64,000 nucleotides of DNA from Candidatus Cloacimonadales bacterium (lineage in GTDB: Bacteria > Cloacimonadota > Cloacimonadia > Cloacimonadales > JAFGVF01): positions 572,664 through 636,663 of the forward strand of contig OY762964.1 in the NCBI GenBank assembly GCA_963667035.1, read 5' to 3'. The notes beneath the pieces are model-generated. The model saw nothing but the letters and a program-made list of their open reading frames with translations, did not search any database and had not been told where the DNA came from. The translations under genes and the position numbers were made by a program. Shown here one piece after another: positions 58,037 to 64,000 of the stretch (the first letter of the stretch is position 1; each line of letters starts with the position of its first letter).

Positions 58037-58408
58037 TGTCTCAAGTCGTTTAAGAATTTTGTTAATTAACTTATCCGGATCTACCGGTTTGAACATTACA
58101 TCTTGCAATCCAAGCTTCTTACTGTTTACAATAGAGTGTGATGGGTCATATCCGAATCCTGTCATCATTATGACAGGTAACTGATTATTATAATCCATTA
58201 AAGAAGTATACAATTCAAAACCATTCATGTCTGGCATTGCAATATCTGTTAGAACAAGGTCTATATTACCCTGCATAACACGCATCTTTGCTTCTTGAGC
58301 CAGATTATATGTCAATATTTCCCAATCAGGTATAAGTCTATTAAGATCATAAAGCAGGTTGTCGAGTAACTCCTGCTCGTCGTCTACGATTACTATTTTG
58401 TACCCCAT
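58034..58408 (-). CDS. single-domain response-regulator receiver (CheY-like)
   Basis: YKIVIVDDEQELL…LVLTDIAMPDMNGFEL…KP, 124 aa. Confidence 0.7.
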   Translation of the reverse strand: MGYKIVIVDDEQELLDNLLYDLNRLIPDWEILTYNLAQEAKMRVMQGNIDLVLTDIAMPDMNGFELYTSLMDYNNQLPVIMMTGFGYDPSHSIVNSKKLGLQDVMFKPVDPDKLINKILKRLET

Positions 58409-59289
58409 TCTTTAGCTTCATCTCCTGCAATAGATTTATAGGCTGTGCAATATTTATCATAAGTTTTTGCTATTATATCTTCAGGTAATTCCGGTGCCGG
58501 AGGATTCTTGTCCCAACCGGTTGCAGAGATATAATCTCTGATATATTGTTTGTCGTAACTCTTTGGTGTCTTCCCAACTTCATACTCTTCAATATCCCAA
58601 AAGCGAGAGGAATCAGGTGTTAGCATTTCATCAATAAGGTATATCTGACCTTCTATTGTACCGAATTCAAATTTAGTATCTGCTAGAATAATTCCTTTCT
58701 GCTTTAAAAAGTCAGCACCAAATTTATACAGCTCTATTGACTTTTCTCTTAACTCCTCGGCAATATTCTTATCAACTCTGGTAAGCATTTCTGCAAAGCT
58801 GATATTAATATCATGGCCTTCTTCAGCTTTTGTGGATGGAGTAAAGAGAGGTTTCGGGAATCTTTGAGATTCTAACATGTCTTCGGCAATCAGAGTATTG
58901 TTGACTGTACCCATACTTTGATATTCTTTCCAAGCTGAGCCTGTAATATACCCTCTAACTATGCATTCAAAAGGAATAACACGAGTCTTCTTTACAAGCA
59001 TACTTCGATCTTCAAGTTCATTTTTGAAAGTATGGAATTCTTCCGGATACTCTTCTACAATATCAGTAATAAAATGATTAGGCATAATATCTTTAGTTGC
59101 TTTAAAAAAATGTACTGATATCTGGTTTAAGATTTTACCTTTATTTTTTATCTCATTAGGGAATACAACGTCAAATGCTGAGATTCTGTCTGATGTAACT
59201 ACAAGGAGTTTATCACCTAAATCATAAATATCTCTCACTTTACCACGATAATGCTTTTTTACTATATCAAGTTCATCAATCTTCATCAC
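58393..59289 (-). CDS. purC: phosphoribosylaminoimidazole-succinocarboxamide synthase (SAICAR synthetase)
   Basis: YRGKVRDIYDLGDKLLVVTSDRISAFD N-terminal signature of PurC. Confidence 0.9.
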   Translation of the reverse strand: MMKIDELDIVKKHYRGKVRDIYDLGDKLLVVTSDRISAFDVVFPNEIKNKGKILNQISVHFFKATKDIMPNHFITDIVEEYPEEFHTFKNELEDRSMLVKKTRVIPFECIVRGYITGSAWKEYQSMGTVNNTLIAEDMLESQRFPKPLFTPSTKAEEGHDINISFAEMLTRVDKNIAEELREKSIELYKFGADFLKQKGIILADTKFEFGTIEGQIYLIDEMLTPDSSRFWDIEEYEVGKTPKSYDKQYIRDYISATGWDKNPPAPELPEDIIAKTYDKYCTAYKSIAGDEAKEWGTK

Positions 59290-60223
59290 TATTCTCCTCA
59301 GCTTTATAGTTTAAATTAGTTAACACTTTCTTTATATTACTCTGATATGTACCCATAACCAAATCTTTATTAGTGTTCACCAGCTCAAAGAATACAATCC
59401 ATAACTCGTCAAGAGTATCTTTATTCACAGCTAAGAACTCATTATCTCTATATTCAATATCAGTATAAACAGGGAATTCATCAGTGCCCTTTGAGTTCTC
59501 AACACTTTTTACCATACCTTTCATAATCTCTATTTTGGTACTTTTCCCTTCGATAACTGTATTGATGTATCTTGCTGTATAATAGAATATCATATATTGA
59601 TAAAATCTTGCTAGCAAATCAATTTGCTTTCGCATAATCTCGGAATCTTCGAACTTGATTTCATTGAACAAATCGGTTCGTTTTTTCTCTAGAATTGATA
59701 AGAAAGTGCTTCCTGAACGTAAGTATGTTTCAATTAGAAGGTTTCTTGAATAGCTCTTTCCATCTTTCATTTGGAAGAGTTGTTTAAAAGTTTCAATTAA
59801 ATCAGCTAGAAAGAATCTATCTCTAAATGGTCCAATATAGAATAAGTCACCTTGAGTATCCTCTTTGATTTGTACTTGAACTTCTCCTTCAAAATCCAAA
59901 GCAAGGTAACAATATTCATCGTATGGTTTGATTTGAGATTGAAGTTGGGGTGAGAGTTTCTTTATCAACTTCTTTTGCCAAATTAGAGCATTAAATGCGT
60001 CAGGTAGCTCTTCCCAGTATATGTTGGTAGCAGTATCTTTTAAAGCTATAAATCTAGGGTCATCTTGCATTTTATCAAGATAAAATCTTACTCTTCCTTG
60101 AAGATTTCCGGCTAACGACACATACAATGCATTAATTGCATTGGAGAAGTAGAATACTCCGGGTTTTTTAGGCAATTTATTAATTTCTTCCTGCATATCA
60201 GGCTTTATAATTATCTGATTCAT
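59276..60223 (-). CDS. hypothetical protein
   Basis: 315-aa ORF with operon-like overlaps on both sides. No recognisable motif. Confidence 0.4.
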   Translation of the reverse strand: MNQIIIKPDMQEEINKLPKKPGVFYFSNAINALYVSLAGNLQGRVRFYLDKMQDDPRFIALKDTATNIYWEELPDAFNALIWQKKLIKKLSPQLQSQIKPYDEYCYLALDFEGEVQVQIKEDTQGDLFYIGPFRDRFFLADLIETFKQLFQMKDGKSYSRNLLIETYLRSGSTFLSILEKKRTDLFNEIKFEDSEIMRKQIDLLARFYQYMIFYYTARYINTVIEGKSTKIEIMKGMVKSVENSKGTDEFPVYTDIEYRDNEFLAVNKDTLDELWIVFFELVNTNKDLVMGTYQSNIKKVLTNLNYKAEENSDED

Positions 60224-60232
60224 CTCTATTCC

Positions 60233-61204
60233 TTATCTATATTTATTCATTACTTCGGGATTAATAATTGCTTTTGGCATTTTCCCGTAAATGGCATCCC
60301 TAGCATTATCTACTGCCATGAATCCCATATTGTTCCTTGTCTCTGTAGTTGCCGAACCAATATGAGGTAAGAGGACAACATTATCTAAAGCGATCAATCC
60401 GGAACAAATTTCTGGTTCATGCTCATATACGTCAAGTCCTGCTCCTGCTATTTCTCCGTTCTTTAAAGCATCAAGTAAACTCTCTTCATCTATACATGCA
60501 CCTCTAGCTGTGTTTATCACTATTGCACTATTCTTCATTATCTTAAACTCATTTTTACTAATTAGATGATGTGTCTCCTTAGTATAAGGAAGATTAAGGC
60601 TAATAAAATCAGATTGCTCTAATAGATCATAAAATTCTACTTGTTTTGCAATGATTCCATCAATTGTGGTCTTTGATCTGTTACTATAGATTACTTTCAT
60701 ATTGAATCCGGAAGCTCTACGAGCGACAGCTTTACCAATTCTGCCGGCTCCTATAACTCCAAGCGTTTTACCTGAAATCTCTTGTCCGCAAAACAGAGTT
60801 GGCTTCCAACCCTTAAATTTACCTTCTCTAGTATAGGTATCACTCAGAACAATCTTTCTTGCAACAGCAAGTAGTAAACACCATGCAATATCTGCCGTTG
60901 CTTCCGTAAGTACATCAGGAGTATTACAGACAGCTATACCTAACTCAGTAGCTTCTTTAACATCTATATTGTTATATCCAACAGCGTAATTACTTACGCA
61001 TTTTAGATTGGGATTGCAAGTGAGAATTTCTCTATCTATTTTATCTGCCAAAGTGCATAAAACAGCATCAGCCCACTTAGTACCTTCAATAATCTCATCT
61101 TTGATAAGAAGTCTATCTTCCATATTGATTTTCACTTCAAAATACTTATTCATATAATCAATAACTTCTTCCGGAAGCTCTCTTGTAACAAACAATTTCT
61201 TCAT
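60233..61204 (-). CDS. D-isomer-specific 2-hydroxyacid dehydrogenase (glyoxylate/hydroxypyruvate reductase-like)
   Basis: NAD-binding GVIGAGRIGKAVARRA, the catalytic R/E/H arrangement (…NTARG…D…HIGSAT), about 320 aa. Confidence 0.8.
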   Translation of the reverse strand: MKKLFVTRELPEEVIDYMNKYFEVKINMEDRLLIKDEIIEGTKWADAVLCTLADKIDREILTCNPNLKCVSNYAVGYNNIDVKEATELGIAVCNTPDVLTEATADIAWCLLLAVARKIVLSDTYTREGKFKGWKPTLFCGQEISGKTLGVIGAGRIGKAVARRASGFNMKVIYSNRSKTTIDGIIAKQVEFYDLLEQSDFISLNLPYTKETHHLISKNEFKIMKNSAIVINTARGACIDEESLLDALKNGEIAGAGLDVYEHEPEICSGLIALDNVVLLPHIGSATTETRNNMGFMAVDNARDAIYGKMPKAIINPEVMNKYR

Positions 61205-62319
61205 ATATTATCTACCTGATACTTAAATGATTTGATACTATGGAAAATAGCATTAACTATTTTATCCTGATAATCCTTATCAGTCAGTTTCTTCTCTTCT
61301 TCTTTATTGGATATAAATCCTGTTTCAATTAGTACAGCAGGCATATAAGCTCCTTTAAGCACATAGAAACCGGCTTGTTTAACACCCCTATCGTCAGATT
61401 TTGTGGCTGTGACTAAATTGGTTTGCAGTTTGTTCGCAAGGTCTGAACTCTCAGCAAGTTGCTCTGTCATTGAAATGTCAGCAAGAAGAAAATCAAGAGA
61501 GTCGTATTCATTAACAGCATCTTCTCCGCCTTCATATTTATAAACAACAGAATTCTCCATTTGTTCAACTGCTCTTGCTTCATCAGTTTTTGCTGTAGAT
61601 AGGTAATATACTTCAATTCCAGTTGCAGCTTTATTCTTTGCAGAATTTAGATGAATAGAAATGAACATATCTGCATGTTCTTCATTGGCAAATTTAGTAC
61701 GTTTTCGTAAACTTACATATTCATCTTTATCCCTAGTAAGAAGTACTTTCACATTCAGGTTCTTCTCGAGGAGTGTCTTAAGTTTTTTTGCTAAAGCAAC
61801 TGTAACATCCTTCTCATTACTCTTTTTAGAAAATCCTACTGCTCCCGGATCTTTACCACCATGTCCCGGATCTATTACTATTGTTCTAATAGCATCATCA
61901 TCAGGTATTTGTGCTAAGAGTAATCTTCTTTTCAAATCAAAACGGATTTCGTTTTTAAAGATATGAGGAGCGACTTCCGCAAAGAAGGAAACAGGTAAGT
62001 AATATATACCATCCTTAAGCTTCATATCGTAGATGAAACTAAAGTAATCGGTTCTATAATTAACAAAGGAGCTTTGAGTCATAAAGTATAAGTGTTTTTT
62101 ATATATTGAGACTCTAAGTTTGTCATCTTTTAGCTCTTCTCTGTATGAACCACCTAATATATCTACAAAATCCTTTACTTTAAAATAACTGATTTCACCG
62201 ATCTTTATCTCATGGAGTATCCGCTTTTCTTGTGAACCTTTAAACCTGACAGTGATATCAGCTTTTAAAACAGTACATAAAACAAGAATGGCTAAAACTA
62301 TATATAATCTCTTCATCAT
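61201..62319 (-). CDS. N-acetylmuramoyl-L-alanine amidase (Amidase_3 family)
   Basis: Signal peptide, an N-terminal AMIN-like domain, and the Ami_3 catalytic core IVIDPGHGGKDPGAVG … SIHLNS … E. Confidence 0.8.
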   Translation of the reverse strand: MMKRLYIVLAILVLCTVLKADITVRFKGSQEKRILHEIKIGEISYFKVKDFVDILGGSYREELKDDKLRVSIYKKHLYFMTQSSFVNYRTDYFSFIYDMKLKDGIYYLPVSFFAEVAPHIFKNEIRFDLKRRLLLAQIPDDDAIRTIVIDPGHGGKDPGAVGFSKKSNEKDVTVALAKKLKTLLEKNLNVKVLLTRDKDEYVSLRKRTKFANEEHADMFISIHLNSAKNKAATGIEVYYLSTAKTDEARAVEQMENSVVYKYEGGEDAVNEYDSLDFLLADISMTEQLAESSDLANKLQTNLVTATKSDDRGVKQAGFYVLKGAYMPAVLIETGFISNKEEEKKLTDKDYQDKIVNAIFHSIKSFKYQVDNI

Positions 62320-63215
62320 AACTCTTCATTAAATCTTGGAGTCCAGGCTTCAGAACTTCCACAATCTTGAATATATGCATTTTTCAATCCAAGACTTGAA
62401 GCAAGTTCAATTAATTGAGCATATAAATTCGTATCAACAGGCTTGTTTAGAACAGATGATTCTGTAGCTTTATAAGCCGGATAATATTGTCCCATTAAGC
62501 TTATGTAAATATCGTCTCCGAATTCTTCTTGTAGCATATACAATGATTTCCCTGTGCCTGATACATTGTCAGGTAAAACAAGTAATCTAACAAGCAAACC
62601 TTTAGCTGCGATTCCATTCTCACAGATAATATTACCAACTTGCTTATACATTTCCCTTAGTGCATTTAATGCAACTGCAGGGTAGTCAGGAGCAAACGAA
62701 TATTTCTTAGCATATTTGGAGTTGTAGTATTTATAGTCCGGTAAATATATATCCACTAAACCATCGAGTGTTTTAAGAGTCTCAACACATTCATAGCCAT
62801 TGGAATTCCAGATAACAGGTAAAACTAACCCTTCTTTTTTTGCTAGTATCAAGGCTTCTCTAATTTGAGGAGTAAAATGCGTGGGGGATACTAGGTTGAT
62901 ATTATGCACTCCATACTCTTGTAACTCAAGCATTATATCTACAAGGTTATTAACAGAGATATCCTTACCATGTCCTTCTTGGCTGATTAACCAGTTCTGA
63001 CAGAATACGCAATGCAAGTTGCAATTAGAGAAGAAGATAGTTCCGCTTCCCCTTTGCCCTGTAAAAATGGGCTCTTCACCAAAATGTTTTTGGTGTAAAT
63101 TGTATTTCATTGTTGCAGAGTTATTGCATACACCGGTCGTAGTGTATCTATCAATTCCACATTTATGCGGACAGATTTTACAAGCTTTTAGTTTCGGGAA
63201 AAGCTTGTCATTCAT
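62316..63215 (-). CDS. radical SAM protein, PflX-like (COG1313, homolog of glycyl-radical activating enzymes)
   Basis: N-terminal CKICPHKCGIDR…C cysteine cluster followed by radical-SAM CNLHCVFCQN (Cx3Cx2C). About 300 aa. Confidence 0.6.
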   Translation of the reverse strand: MNDKLFPKLKACKICPHKCGIDRYTTTGVCNNSATMKYNLHQKHFGEEPIFTGQRGSGTIFFSNCNLHCVFCQNWLISQEGHGKDISVNNLVDIMLELQEYGVHNINLVSPTHFTPQIREALILAKKEGLVLPVIWNSNGYECVETLKTLDGLVDIYLPDYKYYNSKYAKKYSFAPDYPAVALNALREMYKQVGNIICENGIAAKGLLVRLLVLPDNVSGTGKSLYMLQEEFGDDIYISLMGQYYPAYKATESSVLNKPVDTNLYAQLIELASSLGLKNAYIQDCGSSEAWTPRFNEEL

Positions 63216-63591
63216 TTAGGCTAAAACTCTCCGGAAGTAGTTTTTTTATTGTAGTTATATTGCTTTGTGATTTGGAACCGTATATAATTTCAACTTCCTT
63301 ACCAAACTCACTTATTACTTGTCTGCAAGCCCCACATGGAGGAAAAGGAATATCTGCATCAGCATAAACAGCAAGCTTCTTTATTACTTTTTCTCCTTCA
63401 GAAACCATTTTAAAGATAGCAGTTCTTTCTGCACAGTTAGTAAGTGAATAAGAGCTGTTTTCTACATTACAACCAATAAAAATAGTACCTTTATCCGTAA
63501 TAAGTGCAGCACCAACTTTATATCCAGAGTAAGGGGCATAAGCTTCTTTTGAGGCTTCTTTTGCTATTTCAAGTAATTCTGTAAGTTCCAT
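63208..63591 (-). CDS. cdd: cytidine deaminase
   Basis: Zinc-binding CAERTAIF and PCGACRQVISEF motifs. 127 aa. Confidence 0.8.
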   Translation of the reverse strand: MELTELLEIAKEASKEAYAPYSGYKVGAALITDKGTIFIGCNVENSSYSLTNCAERTAIFKMVSEGEKVIKKLAVYADADIPFPPCGACRQVISEFGKEVEIIYGSKSQSNITTIKKLLPESFSLNE

Positions 63592-63601
63592 ATATTAACC
63601 T

Positions 63602-64000
63602 CTAACTCAATAGAGCTAAGATGATTCCTCCGGCAACAACAGATCCTATCTGTCCTGCAACATTAGCACTAACAGCCGGCATTAGCAGGAAGTTAAACGG
63701 ATCTTCTTTTAACCCCATTTTATGGATTACTCTTGCTGACATTGGGAAAGCGGATATACCGCAAGCACCAATCATAGGATTTATTTTCTTTTTAACAAAC
63801 AGATTTAACAATTTTGCAAACAACACTCCACCTGCTGTATCGAAAATGAAGGCTACAAGTCCTAGACCCATTATGAACAAGGTTTGAGTCTGAAGGAACT
63901 TCTCACCGGTCATAGTAGTTGCAATTGCAATACCAAGTAATATGGTAACAAGATTTCCAAGCTCTTTTTGAGCTGTTAACGAAAGAGAATCCAGCACTTT
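63602..64000 (-). CDS. Na+-translocating decarboxylase beta-subunit-like membrane protein (OadB/GcdB/MmdB family), C-terminal portion; gene runs off the window
   Basis: C-terminal GACGISAFPMSARVIHKMGLKEDPFNFLLMPAVSANVAGQIGS resembles the OadB C-terminus. The ORF is open at the window end. Confidence 0.55.
   Translation of the reverse strand, partial: KVLDSLSLTAQKELGNLVTILLGIAIATTMTGEKFLQTQTLFIMGLGLVAFIFDTAGGVLFAKLLNLFVKKKINPMIGACGISAFPMSARVIHKMGLKEDPFNFLLMPAVSANVAGQIGSVVAGGIILALLS

Noticed and set aside
1-64000. CRISPR arrays, rRNA, IS elements with terminal inverted repeats
   Set aside because: No regularly spaced direct repeats with unique spacers, no rRNA-like conserved stretches, and no transposase-like ORFs were seen. 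The only dispersed repeat found is the two-copy 130-nt element.

Overview
This is a low-GC bacterial chromosomal segment. Two secreted proteins end in Por/T9SS-type C-terminal sorting domains, which points to an FCB-superphylum-like organism. PflX-like radical SAM, carbamate kinase and an OadB-like decarboxylase subunit suggest an anaerobe. I found no rRNA, canonical tRNA or CRISPR array.

Core genes (all on the minus strand unless noted):
- A conserved fatty-acid/ribosomal block at 1.9-9.1 kb: radical SAM, rnc, fabF, acpP, fabG, fabD, fabH, plsX, rpmF.
- A fused succinyl-CoA-synthetase-like beta-alpha gene.
- uvrB, a DEAD-box helicase and a MATE exporter (plus strand).
- A 2-hydroxyacid dehydrogenase, an Ami_3 amidase, purC and cdd.

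Accessory or unusual regions:
1. An AT-rich island at 23.7-28.3 kb. It carries a strongly divergent SHMT-fold PLP enzyme, convergent with an effector-less STAND/AAA+ NTPase with TPR repeats, and a tyrosine recombinase.
2. A conserved structured repeat of about 130 nt, present twice in inverted orientation (40555-40690 and 50591-50717). The two copies bracket 10 kb holding a TetR-controlled RND efflux operon with an embedded PTPS-like gene, a methyltransferase, dCMP deaminase and aroA.
3. A five-gene signalling cluster at 53.8-58.4 kb. One histidine-kinase-like protein has Tyr in place of the phospho-accepting His. The cluster also has a hybrid receiver-PAS-kinase and three single-domain receivers.
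4. A roughly 1 kb structured non-coding region at 13.6-14.6 kb, ending in a phased 11-bp tandem repeat array upstream of an FG-GAP/ASPIC gene.

All functional calls rest on motifs read directly from the translations. I ran no database searches.
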